A stretch of 64,000 nucleotides of DNA, from the NCBI GenBank assembly GCA_951406725.2, contig OX597825.1:24986001-25050000 (forward strand), read 5' to 3'. Shown one piece after another: positions 10,999-23,048 of the stretch; the first letter of the stretch is position 1; the number at the start of each line of letters is the position of its first letter. Origin of the DNA: Octopus vulgaris. Taxonomy: Eukaryota. The notes under the pieces were generated by a model. That model was not told where the DNA came from and searched no databases. It saw nothing but the letters and a program-made list of their open reading frames with translations. The position numbers and the translations under genes were made by a program.

Positions 10999-13900
10999 TT
11001 TTTTTTTTTAAACTTATCATTAACTTTTAGAATGTTCACTCGGGACATTCGCGCTACATTCAACTAGCTTTCAACAAAACTGCTGAAAGGCAGTACTTCT
11101 CTCCCCACCCTTACTTTCCTTTAGAAGTGAAATCTGAAAATGTTGATGAGGGTTTGGCCGAAAAGCCAAGTGTCTGTCCCTTGACCTTTCAGTTGCGCCC
11201 ATCACACAACCTCCTTCACTACGATCACCCGACAAATAAACACTTCCTGCCTTTCCTGGCCAAAGATAGGCGGCGAGGTCATCTTGACAATGAACTCCGT
11301 CGATAGCCGGATCCGTCCTACACGCGACAGATGTTCAACATAAACCTACAAGACAGCAATGCTTGGGCCCTGGAGGAATGCGTACAGAATAGGTTCGTCA
11401 TTCTGCGCGCATCTCAGACAGGCCCGACTGATTGCACTTCCAAGCCTGCTGAGTTTATCCTGAACCAGCAATACCCACTTCCATGTAGCACTACCAAACC
11501 GAGGATTTCTGGAAACTGTCCATAGGCCTCGGTCCAAAAGTCCTTCGCAATAGTCAAGCCAGTTGATTTTCGTCGACGCCCAGTCTCCCCGAGAACAGAA
11601 CGTCGCCGCACTTGCCCGTCTGAGTGAAACTTCCGCCGACCACATTGCCCGACTGACAGAGAACTGTGAACGTATGACAATATTCCGGGTGCCAGGCGCC
11701 CTGCCGCGGTTTATGTTTGATCCTAAACTGCAGCTCAGTCAAAGTGGAAAATCTTGTCTAACAAACGGCGACTACACCTGCTCAACGTCAAGTAAGCCCT
11801 GGAGATATAGCCTCAGCACACGTCTGCGCATCAGCAGCCGCGGGATACTCAGCTCTCTATTCAGCGGGTGTTGACAGCAAATAGAGCGTCTGACCAGTGG
11901 AACGAGTCCCTTCCACAGAAAGCAGAAGGGTACGTGCTCCAGTTTGCTCAGACGCAAACTAGAACAAAGCATAACGGAGGCGATGTAAGCATTCGCCACT
12001 TCTAGCTGGCCTTTCAGAGATACCTTCTCTCGACCCATTTCTGGGTGAAATTGGCTACCATGCTCGTCACCTCACCCCTGTCCTCCACCTGGAGATCCAG
12101 ATCAAACCAGTCCCCAAGCAATTTAACCGGTCCCCTCGTCCAGTGTCTCAGGACGTTATTGAACGGCATAGACTTTCCACTCCAGGTGCCGGACTGCTGG
12201 CCCATTGACATTTCTAGGTTAATTTTTGCTCCTGTCACCACCTCGTATTCTTTTGGAGCAGTGCCGACCAGGTCTATGTGCCTGGTGTTGGATACAATGA
12301 CGGTGACGTCTACGTATACCGACACGGTTCTCCCACGTCCTAGTTCGAGCAGGATGCATCTCAACGCTTCTCATTTCCGCAGCACATACAGAAGAGACGA
12401 GAGCGGACACCCAAGACGGTCCGAGCTATGATGCTCAATGGTTCCGATAGGTAACCATTCACCCAAACTACCGAGCGTATATCGTTGTACATTGCAGCGA
12501 TCCAGCCACTGAAAACGGGACCAAAACCGGCTGCCAAGTACTGGTGATCGATCCTATCGAGGGCTTTGATCAGGGCCTTACTTATGTGAGCTTTTTTACC
12601 CACTATGTCTATAATGTATCGCATGAAGTGGAAGGATCTGCTTGAGATGGTGAATGTGAGCGCATCGACAATCAATTCCGCAACGACAAGCGCCAACCTT
12701 TTTACTAACCCTTTGGTCAAAATTTTGAAATCTGCGTTTAGCAGAGTAATGGACCGAACATTTTCTATTTGATACCCTTTGTTTGGGTCCTTTCTTAGCA
12801 GTTCCACTGCCTCTCGATTCACAGAACTAGGAATACTCCTGTTCTGTTGCCAGTTGCAGTAGACTCCTGTCAAGAGGCCGCCGAATAAGTCTGGCATGTA
12901 AAAGTGAAGCTCATTGGACAGACCGTCCAAACCAAACCGTTTACGCTCTCCCCCATTGTCTCCCGAATTTCCTCGGCTGTTATCGGCCTTTCGCAGTGGT
13001 CTGTGTAGCCGAATTTTGAAAAGTGGACAATTTATCCTTTCTTTATCTACTAGCTTACAGAATACCCTGTCTAAATACGACCTGGATAACCCGATGCGAT
13101 TCGTCCACGTCCACATTGGCACATCCGGAAAACCAGCTGGTACCTGTCAGACTGTTGGAAATGTCTGAGTAAGTCTCTGAGGCTTTTGACACGCCCTCTT
13201 CTATTCGCTAGCTCCACACAGTCCAAGCGTGGACCTAAGTCGGCGTTTCAGTCGCCCATTAACACTAAAGGTCCAGACTTTCCCAAGAAAACCTCCAGAC
13301 ATTTGAAGAAATTCAGCTGTCATACCCCTGTCTGAGCATAAACAGCCACTAGGCACCCCCGTCACTACCGTTCACATCCAGGACCACCAACTAATCTCCT
13401 GGGTTCAAGAAGATGGCCTTTGTCTTGAGATTCAGACGTTTCCGGAACAGCACCGCAGTTCCACCCCTATTCTCGGCTGACACGGAGATGAGTATATGTC
13501 CTATCCACTGAAAATGGGTATGAAGGCTCGTTGATCGGAGAGTCTGGTTTCATTTATGGCTACAACATCTACACTTAGCGGGTTGAGTTCGTTAAGTAGG
13601 TCACCTTGTTTCCAAGGCGACCCCAAGCCATATGTATTTATACTGCTTATTCTGAGTAAGATCATGTTAGATGAAGGAATAAAAGCGGAAAGAGCTACTT
13701 ACACTGATTTTGTTTGGGAAGTGGAGGTGAAAGTCCCGTCTCCAGAGTCATATGTGGGTCTTTCTATGAGCAGTTCTTTATACAGTCTTTTGTTGATATT
13801 TCTCCTGAAAAAGGCAGCGAGCTGGCAGAATCGTTAGCATGCCGGGCGAAATGCTAAGCAGTATTTCGTCTGCCTTTACGTTCTGAGTTCAAATTTCGGC

Positions 13901-14450
13901 GAGGTCGACTTTGCCTTTCATTTTTTCGGGGTCGATAAATTAAGTACCAGTTGTGCACTGGGGTCGATGTAATCGACTTGATCCATTTGTTTGTCCCCTC
14001 TGTGTTTAGCCTCTTGTGGGTAGTAAAGAAATGCGTATTTCGTCTGCCGCTACGTTCTGAGTTCAAATTCCGCCGAGGTCGACTTTGCCTTTCATCTTTT
14101 CGGAGTCGATAAATTAAGTGCCAGTTGCGTTCTGGGGTCGATCTGATCGACTGGCCTCCCATCCCCAAAATTTCGGGCTTTGTGCCTTGAGTAGAAAAGA
14201 CATTTCTCCTGAAAATCCCTTCTCCGTCAGAATATTTAATCTTTTTATGGTGCTGTATGTGTTTTTTGTTGTTGGGCTGAATTTTATGTGTGTCAGTGAG
14301 TTGTTTGTTGGTGTGATGAAATCACTGTGTATGATATCTGTGTGGTTGTATACGTGTTTTGTTAGTTCTGTATTGTTCGTAATTATTGCGGTTTAGTTAA
14401 TGATGTCTAAATTTTGATGGTCTGGGAATGTGTAAAGTAAATGTAATGTG
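10999..14450 (-). mobile_element. Degraded Tx1/L1-clade LINE (APE endonuclease + RT + C-terminal zinc knuckle), interrupted by a SINE dimer
   Basis: RSITLLNADFKILTKGLVKRL, KALDRIDHQYL, degenerate YADD (YVDVTV), YEVVTGAKIN; poly(A) tail at 10999-11009; many frameshifts. The 5' boundary is uncertain. Confidence 0.8.
13812..14201 (+). mobile_element. SINE family B head-to-tail dimer with 14-bp TSD
   Basis: TSD atttctcctgaaaa at 13798-13811 and 14202-14215 encloses two monomers. Confidence 0.8.
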
Positions 14451-14499
14451 TGTGAATTTTGTACACAAATTTTGGATGGAATTGGAAACCACTAAGGAG

Positions 14500-15455
14500 A
14501 ATGTTTCAACTGTATCATAGAGAAAAAAAAACATTCTAAAAGTTCTGAAACTCTGAAGTTTTCGCAATTCATCAGAAAGATTCGAAACATTATCGTTGAT
14601 AATACCGGAAATTTAATGCGGGTCATGGCCAAAGAACTTCAGGAATTGGAATGAACAATCAGAACTGTGGTGCACGGGGACATTCGATACGAGTCGTGAG
14701 GAGGGGCCGATTCATGTCTGCAAAGACATCGGAAAACCGTTGGATCCGTGTCAAGCGGTTACATAACAAGATTAAAACCTCTCGTGAGTGTAATATGCCT
14801 TGGTTCTTGTCTGAATCGATAGAATTCGACCAAGTCCAAAAGTCTAACAGAAGAAATGGCAGATGCTTATGTGCAGACACTTATGCTGTCCCCAGAATGA
14901 TGCACCCTAAGTTTCCAGCAACTGCGATGGTTTTGGAAGTAGTGAGTAACAAAGGTCATGTTATGCCACTTCACATCTTTCCTCGGAGCCGTAGAATTAA
15001 TACTACTAGATACGTTAAATTACTGGAGACAGTGAAAGACCATACGAGATCCAACAAAACTCAGTGCTTTCTTAAACGGTCTACATATTCCAAGAATGAA
15101 TGCTAGACAATCATTATGACCAACTAACTCCAAACTTGCCAGATTTCAATCCCATTGACTGCTCCGTTTAGAATGTTGTTGAAAGAGAAACTAATCGACA
15201 TCTTCACAATACGATAGCTTCATTAAAGGCTGCCATTTTCCAGGTAATGCCTGGAATTGATACGGAACATTTATTGGTATCATGTCAATAATTCCGGTCC
15301 TGCGCTGAAGCAATCATCGAAGCCGAAGGTGGATTTAGAGAATAATCTTATAAGAAGGCTTATAAGAGGATGTACACAAAACGTTATTAAAACACGTTTG
15401 GTTCTTACTAGTTGTTAAATTACCAAAAGTCTCCTCAAATATCCCTCGCCCCCTG
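14500..15455 (+). mobile_element. Degraded Tc1/mariner-superfamily transposon (maT/DD37D-like)
   Basis: NRRNGRCL, KFPATAMVLEVVSNKGHVMPLHIFP and PDFNPID motifs; ends ...cgccccctg|TA. Confidence 0.7.
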
Positions 15456-15809
15456 TATATAGAAAGGACTACGCTACGAAATGTATCCGTCCATTTCGAT
15501 AAGGTGATTGGGTTTAATTTGAGGGAGATATGGTCCAGTTACTGCGAAGTTAAATAGTTCTCTTATATTAAAGATCCCTTGTATTCGTACGCAGTTTTCA
15601 AGCATTTTTGAAAGGTTTGTCTGCTGAATAAACGATTTTATTAACTAACAACAAATACGTTTTCCAATACATTTTATACTTATAAAATTTTGAACAAGTC
15701 GCAATGTTGCTTAGTCGCTTGTGTCGAGGTGGTCATTTGAACATCTATATCACCATTGTTGCAATGGATAGTTTTATCATTGTTGTGGTGTTCTTGTTGA
15801 TGTTGTACT

Positions 15810-16176
15810 TTGTTTGTTGAGCGAAGCGGTCTTCGTCCCATTTGTCTGTAGTGAGAGAAGTTCGAAATGTGGTCCTTTGCTATTCGTAAGACCCGCAGAA
15901 GAGAAAGCAGGTCAACCCCCGACACCGAGAGCATCGACGGATGGATGAATGCGCACCCAGGCTCAGCGGTTGCGTAGGAAGTCGGGGACAAGAAACAGGA
16001 AGAAAGAGTGAGAGAAAGTTGGAGCGAAACAGGGGTCGCCACCACCCCCTGCCGTAGTCTCGTGGAGCATTAAGTGTTTTCGCTCAATAAACACACACAA
16101 CGCCCGGTCTGGGAATTTAAACCGCGATCCTGCGACTGCGAGTCCGCTGCCCTAACCACTGGGCCATTTCGCCTCC
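15810..16176 (-). mobile_element. tRNA-derived SINE, family C, with TSD
   Basis: Head ggaggcgaaatggcccagtggttagggcagcggactc; TSD tg(a/g)tgttgtact at 15798-15809 and 16177-16188. A related copy lies at 51317. Confidence 0.75.
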
Positions 16177-16269
16177 TGGTGTTGTACTATAACGATGTAA
16201 GATGTGTTGGCTGCGGGAATAATAACTGAACCTTTAACTTTAATATTTATTGTCGGACGCGATATTTTG

Positions 16270-16560
16270 CATTGGCTATTACCGAATCAAATTCATTATG
16301 TAGGCTGTGCTTCCTCGACCATATCTGCATGATAAGTAAAGATGTTTGAAGCCCCTTTTGATTAAATGATTTAAATTAAAGGGCCTGGAAAAACATTATT
16401 ATGGAAGGAAGAATAGTAGGTAGTAGATCAAGACAGACAAAGAACGCAACGGATGGACAATATATCACAAACTGGTTGAATAAGAGAGACAAGGCAGCCG
16501 GAGAACTTGTGCTTAATCGGTCATCGCTGCTGGCGTACGATACATGATGAAAGCGACGCT
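16270..16560 (+). mobile_element. Old RTE-clade LINE 3' fragment
   Basis: Translates to IIMEGRIVGSRSR...RMDNI, typical of an RTE C-terminus. Confidence 0.5.
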
Positions 16561-16747
16561 CTAAATGCCATATTTACAATGGCAAAATTATCTAACTAAT
16601 TTCTTCATTATTTTCAAAATTAACTGAACTGAACACAACGTATTTCAAAGGGAATAAAGTAATGGAAATAATGTAAAGAGACTGCAGAAGGGCAACTTAA
16701 ATACAAAATATTAATGTGAATTTTTTTTTAAAAAAAGCACAATAATA

Positions 16748-17159
16748 GGATCTTTTCGGTTTGAACGGCAGTTTTTCTAGCGGTGTCATATGAAATTGTC
16801 ACCCATAATTATGACCCTAGTATCGATCTATTGCATTTCAATCTGTTTAGGATTAGGGTGAGGGGAAGGGTATCTTTTTTTTCTTCACAAATGTAAATAA
16901 ACCCAATCTGTTTCTTAAACGAGGGACATATTCATACGGCACAAAATGTTTTTTTTTTACCCCAGTAGACGTATTTGATTGGTTGAAATTGCAGAAATTG
17001 AAGAAAAAAACAACAAATATCTTACAAACTATAGAATTTTCTTAATAAAGCCAAAAGAAAAAGATGTTTTATAAACACATTCTACCAGTATACGAAGTTT
17101 AAATTTTTTTAGTTACCTAGAAATTATGTTAAAAACTGCCGTTCAAACCGAAAAGATCC
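16748..17159. mobile_element. MITE with about 28-bp TIRs and 8-bp TSD (Merlin-like), copy 1
   Basis: TIR GGATCTTTTCGGTTTGAACGGCAGTTTT; perfect TSD CAATAATA. Confidence 0.85.
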
Positions 17160-17806
17160 CAATAATATAAACTAGCAGGACCCTGAAAATTTCATAGTTT
17201 AAAAATGTATATAATTCTTCTTTTTCTTTTTTATGCACAAATTTATAGATTTTCGAAACCCTGGTTCATCATGTTGTAGATATCGGCGCTTCTTTTTTTT
17301 TACCCCACCTTACATACCATTCTTTTCATTGACCTAGCTAACGTGACAAAGTTCTAACAACTCCTTTAGGGGTTATCATCGACATTCCTACTTGGCAAGT
17401 ACTACATTTTATAAATCCCCAAAAGAAAAAGCGCAACTGACCTCGAGGGAATTTGAACACGGAACGTCAAGAGTTATTAGTGAAAATATTAATGCAGTGC
17501 TTCTGATGCTCTAACGATTCTGCTAGCTTACCACCATTTGTTTGAAGAAATGTCTGTTCTTCAATATTGTTATAGACTTTTAATAACAAACTTTATATCG
17601 TAACAAGGATTGTAACTGCTATTTTTAACATATTGGGTGACGATAGTCAATACACGAATCTATCGCTAGATATTGTTCTTTAAACCCAGGTCAGCTTTGA
17701 TTCAGCAAATCTATGATCAAAGATCTTCTAATGTTCAAAGCTGAAAAGTTCAAAGGTGGGTTTTATTTTGGTAAAAGAAATAATAATAAATGCTAATGAA
17801 AATATT

Positions 17807-18200
17807 GAGTGGCTGTGTGGTAAGTAGCTTGCTTACCAACTTCATGGTTCCGGGTTCATTCCCACTGCATGGCACCTTGGGTAAGTGTCTTCTACTATAG
17901 CCTCGGGCCGACCAAAGCCTTGTGAGTGGATTTGGTAGACGGAAACTGAAAGAAGCCCGTCGTATATATGTATATATATATTTATATATATATGTGTGTT
18001 TGTGTGTCTGTGTTTGTCCCCCCAACATCGCTTGACAACCGATGCTGTTGTGTTTACGTCCCCGTAACTTAGCGGTTCGGCGAAAGAGACCTATAGAATA
18101 AGTACTAGGCTTACAAAGAATAAGTCCTGGGGTCGATTTGCTCGACTAAAAGGTGGTGCTCCAGCATGGCCACAGTCAAATGACTGAAACAAGTAAAAGA
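17807..18200 (+). mobile_element. SINE family A
   Basis: Reverse complement of the 7685-8086 family. Confidence 0.85.
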
Positions 18201-18831
18201 ATATGATGTTTAAGAAAAAGAAAATCTACATTAAAATAAATTCTTCTTATAACGTGTACAAGGCCGGTAATTTGAGAGAGGGTGGTTATCATGAAGAGGG
18301 CGAGTACTCTCCCTTACATAGTCCAGCGTTATTCGATAAAAATGTGTCTTTGGTTATACACTTTTGACAGTTTATTCATTGAATCTGATCGAATATGAAC
18401 TTCGTTCTACATGAAAAGTTCAAGACAATTCTTCCAAATTGTTTATCAGCCTCTTTCGAAATTCAAACAACGGTTGCGTATGTCTGAACATTTTCTTGTT
18501 AATGTTTCTGATCTCGCCACTCCGCGTCACATTACGCAAATATCTTCCACTATAGCTTCTGGACGATCAATTCCTTGTCAGCAAATTTGGTCGACAGAAA
18601 TTGTGTGGAAGCCCGTCGTGTGTGTGTGTGTGTGTGCAGTTCATTTAGGATTGAGGCTGGTCCAATAGCCTATTACTATGAGATAAGAAGTTTGCTTCCC
18701 AGCCACATAGATCTGGGTTCAGTCCCACTGCGTGGCACTTTGGGCGAGTGTCTTCTACTATAACTGACCAAAGCCTTGTGAGCGGATTTGGTAGACGGAA
18801 ACTGAAAGAAGTCCATGCCCCCCCCCCCCCC

Positions 18832-19665
18832 GAATTTGGAGGTCCAGCGTAACTGGGATGAAATCAGATGCAAGCCCACCTTCGAGCGGCTATAAATATC
18901 ATTAAACCAGCACCTCCTTGCCTGCCTCCGTTCCACTTTGCAGCCAAACAGCAACGCATGGCTTAATTCGATGTCCTCCTCATCTGCCGGTACACTTTTA
19001 GATGATGAGTGCAATTGTACCGGAGTGGATCAACGCCTCGGTTTCGGCGTGTGTGCGCCGCACAAATATCAATGTGGAGCGGTGGTCGATGAATTCGGTC
19101 TGCATCCATTATCTTGCAGCCTTAACGCGGGCCGATTTCCCCAACACGCCGCTCTGAATTAGAAGGGGTCTCGATGCAAATGGCTTCCCATCTCAATCGC
19201 AGTTAGTAGGTCTCGACTGCGGAGACGGTATGCGTGCTGACAGAATAACCCTCTTTTCATTCGAAGAAGGCAGATCCTTAGTTTGCGACGCGTCATGCAG
19301 CGATATGGGCTGGATTGGCTGAAAACCCGGGTGTCGCTGCGGAGGAGAGAAAAATCAATAAATACAGGGACTTGACCGACCGCCGTCAGTTTGTGCCGGT
19401 CGCCGTCGAGACGTTAAGTGTTCGAGGACCCCTTATTACCGATTTCCTCCGCAAAACCGGGATAATGATGTCACGTTTGAGAAATGAGCCCTGGGAAATG
19501 GATTGGCTGCAGTCATTACCTCCACCGTGCGGTTGAGCGCACCATCTATTCTGGGGTGTGAGGTCCATTGCCCCTCCTTTCTTCTGCTGCTTGCCCCTTT
19601 TTTCTTTTCCTTTCTTTTCTGTTTTTTTTTTTTTTTCGTTTGTATTTAAATGCTATAACTTAATA
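18832..19665 (+). mobile_element. Degraded CRE-clade-like RLE non-LTR retrotransposon, 3' part
   Basis: SNAWLN, zinc knuckle QCGAVVDEFGLHPLSC...RFPQHAALN, DGMRAD and AAEERKINKYRDL...FVPVAVETL. Confidence 0.7.
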
Positions 19666-19790
19666 AAGACATTATGTAGAACTATACTGAGAAATTCTTC
19701 GAAATAAAGTTTTCGTCGGCTCCTAAACGAAATCAATAATGTTAATGATTGACGAAAAGTGCAAGTGGACATATAAACTCAAGAATCTCC

Positions 19791-20209
19791 GGATTTTTTC
19801 GGTTTGAACGGCAGTTTTTTCTAGCGGTGTCATAAGAAATTGCCACTCATAATTATAACCCTAGTATCGATCTATTGCATTTCATTCTGTTTTAGGGTTA
19901 GGGTTAGTGGAAGGGGGAAGGGTATCTTTTTTTTCTTTAGAAATGTAGATAAACCCAATCTGTTTCTTAAACGAGGGACATTTTCATACGGCACAGAATG
20001 TTTTCACCTCAATAGACGTCATTGATTGGTTGAAATTGCAGAAATTGAAGAAAAAAAAACAACAAATATCTTACAAACTATAGAATTTTCTCAATAAAGC
20101 CAAGAGAAAAAGATGTTTTATAAACACATTCTACCAGAATACGAAGTTTAAAAGTATTTAGTTACGTGGAAATTATTTTAAAAAACTGCTGTTCAAACCG
20201 AAAAGATCC
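19791..20209. mobile_element. MITE, same family as 16748, copy 2
   Basis: Same TIRs; perfect TSD GAATCTCC at 19783-19790 and 20210-20217; internal TTAGGG repeats. Confidence 0.85.
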
Positions 20210-20360
20210 GAATCTCCCTTTACTAGTTGACGCAGATATACCCTTCTTGATTTTTAGAGCAGTAGTGTATGATTCGACTGATATTTAACTGCTATCTCTA
20301 GCAGGGTAGGTGAGCGACCACATAGAAGACCCGACTCTCTCTCTCGCTCGTTTTAAAAGG

Positions 20361-20440
20361 CCGGAAATGACGTCAGAGTAATTTCATACGAGTTTAAGGT
20401 CACATTGCGCATGTGTTCTGTTGGGTGATCAAAATGGCGA
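20361..20440 (+). promoter_or_regulatory. ATP5MG proximal promoter: overlapping ETS/CRE, NRF1-like and YY1-like motifs
   Basis: CCGGAAATGACGTCA at 20361-20375, TGCGCATGTG at 20406-20415, AAAATGGCG at 20431-20439. Confidence 0.55.
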
Positions 20441-20494
20441 AGGTTGTTGCTAAAATTGGTGGATTGGTGTCCAAAGCACCCGGACTAGTGAAAA
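20434..20494 (+). CDS. ATP5MG: ATP synthase subunit g, mitochondrial, exon 1 (MAKVVAKIGGLVSKAPGLVK)
   Basis: aaaATGG start and A|GTAAGT donor; phase 1 joins exon 2 in frame. Confidence 0.85.
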
Positions 20495-21439
20495 GTAAGT
20501 GTTTGTTATTCAATATTTATGCACAATATTATCGAGTAATGACTGTTGTGTACTCATGTAAATTTAAAATGTATTTGCATTATTTTTAATGCTCTAATTT
20601 GCCTTCTCAACCAGCCTCTGTTGAAACGTTGAACGAACGAATGCGAAGTCGAATGCAATTTAAGTTCAATGTAGATTTAGAAATTAAAAACAAGTGATTT
20701 TTTTATTATCAATATTAGTAAATATGATAATTCAAAATAATAACCTTCGCAGTAGACCAAGTACAAATTTTACAATGATATGTTGGGATTAAGAAGAGAG
20801 AGAACACTAATAGACATCGTACTTTTCATCCTTGGTAACCTGTTCGGCTAAACTCGGCTACAATTTGATACTTTATTATTGCTACGAACACCACAAGTAA
20901 TTAATTTAATGTCTACATATAATGATAATTAATTTGGCTTGACTTCTGTAGTAAACACTAATGCACTTTAGATAGAATCTACCTTTCTTTTAAACCTTTT
21001 CCTACTCTTTTTTTGATTGACCTTTATATCCGACGAAGCAAGGGCACTGCAGTCATTAACTCTTTTCTATAAAATATCAACAGTCTGATTTTCACAACAC
21101 AACAACCCTTTATTTCATTCAATACTGTTAATTTTATAATTTATTAATCTATTAATTTGGTAGCTGTAGAATCTTCTATAAATAATTTTATAGTTAGCTT
21201 TTTTTTCAACTCCAGCAACTTAAAATTCTGCGAACGAGTATACACACCCAAATGATATATGTTTGTCTAATAAACGAGATCGTTAGTGACGAATGTATTT
21301 GGAACATATTGCTATTTGAATATATTTTGCTACTAATTAATAATATAATTAGATTAAAGTTGTTCATCCACTAGGGAAGAGATATAATAGGCGAATTGGT
21401 GTTAGTTACGTAATTTTTTCATAAATCTCTCCTCAGTTG

Positions 21440-22120
21440 AGAAATGAGGTTTTGGCAGCTCTTACAACCTTTAGTAACTCTGTGCTTTGCTCCAATCAAG
21501 AGCCAATTTCTCGCAGTAAACTTTCATTTCTTCTACGCCAGGTACTCTTCGACTGTTCAGGCTTTCGCTTCCAAATGGCATTCATCTTAATGTCCTCTTT
21601 GGTATCCTATTCTACTTCATTTTGAGTGTATGACCTATCTCTCAGTGCTGCCGGCGTTTCATTTCAAAGACCATAATATTGTCACCTGTTTTGCGGCACT
21701 GTACTTCATTTCACATTTTGTTAGGTGACAAGATTTGTTGAAAGAGTTGATCCTATTTATGTCTCCTTTGCTCACCAACCAGCATTCTAAGCCATGCATT
21801 ACGACAGATTTCCCCATCATTGTTATAAATCTCAGTCTGTTACTGCAAACCAAGTAACAGGCTTAAAAATGGACTTCCACATTTACTGACGACTTATGAA
21901 CAGCCGATTTTCTCTTGAATTAGATCTTGGCTTTGTAGATGACCTGGAATCCTTCTGTTCAGAGGTCATCTGTTTGAGGGTGAAACTGATGGGCTGACTA
22001 TTTATACAAAGTGGGCAGATCAGCGCCTCAAAAGCACCAGTCCTCTGCATAAACCCCAACAACCCTGTATTTGTCAGTGTCCAGCAATTACAGCAGCTTT
22101 AACTCTTTTGTGATGGGCCT
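21440..22120 (-). mobile_element. Degraded RTE-like LINE fragment in ATP5MG intron 1
   Basis: KSVVMHGLECWLVSKGDINRINSF resembles RTE post-RT sequence. Confidence 0.5.
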
Positions 22121-22650
22121 TACACATCCCTTTCTTTTTTTCTATGTAACTTGTAGCTTTTACACTTCTTTTCTAGATGTATTGGGCTTTCTTCTACAAA
22201 CTCATTGGTGAAGGTGTGTGGCCTAGTGGTTAAGATGTTGCACTCACAATCATAAGAATGTGGTTTCAATTCCTGGACTGGACGGTGTTCAGAAACACAC
22301 TGCACTGTCCCACTCATGCTAGCATGAAAGGTGGATGTTAAACAAAAATGATGATGTACCTTGTTGTTATTTATCTGATGGTTGGGACATAAATTGTTTC
22401 AAAGGAAGAGTACATTGAATAATGTAGTTATCTTTTACATGTTTCAGTCATTAGACTGTGGCCATTCTGGGGCACCTCTTTGAAGAAATTTCAGTTAAAT
22501 GAATTGTCTCCAGTCCTTATTTTTTTAAAGCCTGGTATTCTATTGGTCTGTTTTGCTGAACCACTAACTTACAAGGCACAAGCACACCAACACTGGTTGT
22601 CAAGTGGTAGTGGGGTGCAAATAGGGAGACACATATATATATATATAATA

Positions 22651-23048
22651 GGCGCAGGAGTGGCTGTGTGGCAAGAAGCCTGCTTCCCAACCACATGGTT
22701 CCAGGTTCAATCCCTCTGCATGACACCTTGGGCAAGTGTCTTCTACTATAGTCTTGGGCCAACCAAAGCCTTGTGAGTGGATTTGGCAGATAGAAACTGA
22801 ATGCTAGACAGAATAAGGCTGCGAGCTGGCTGAAACATTAGCATGTCGGTGAAATGCTTAGCGGTATTTCATCTGCCGCTACTTTATGAGTTCAAATTCC
22901 GCCAAGGTCAACTTTGCCTTTCATCCTTTTGGGGTCAATTAAATAAGTACCAGTTACACACTGGGGTCGATATAATCGACTTAATCTGTTTGTCTGTCCT
23001 TGTTTGCTTCCTCTGTGTGTAGCCCCTTGTGGGCTGTAAAGAAATAAG
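22651..23048 (+). mobile_element. SINE A 5' half followed by SINE B
   Basis: Family matches; aagaaactgaatgctagac-like direct repeats flank the SINE B copy. Confidence 0.7.

Noticed and set aside
17750-18028. Recurrent peptide RASFSFRLPNPLTRLWSARGYSRRHLPK in many ORFs
   Set aside because: Translated SINE A sequence, not a gene family.
19870-19887. TTAGGG repeats as a telomere or fusion site
   Set aside because: Only 2-3 units, and they lie inside a MITE.
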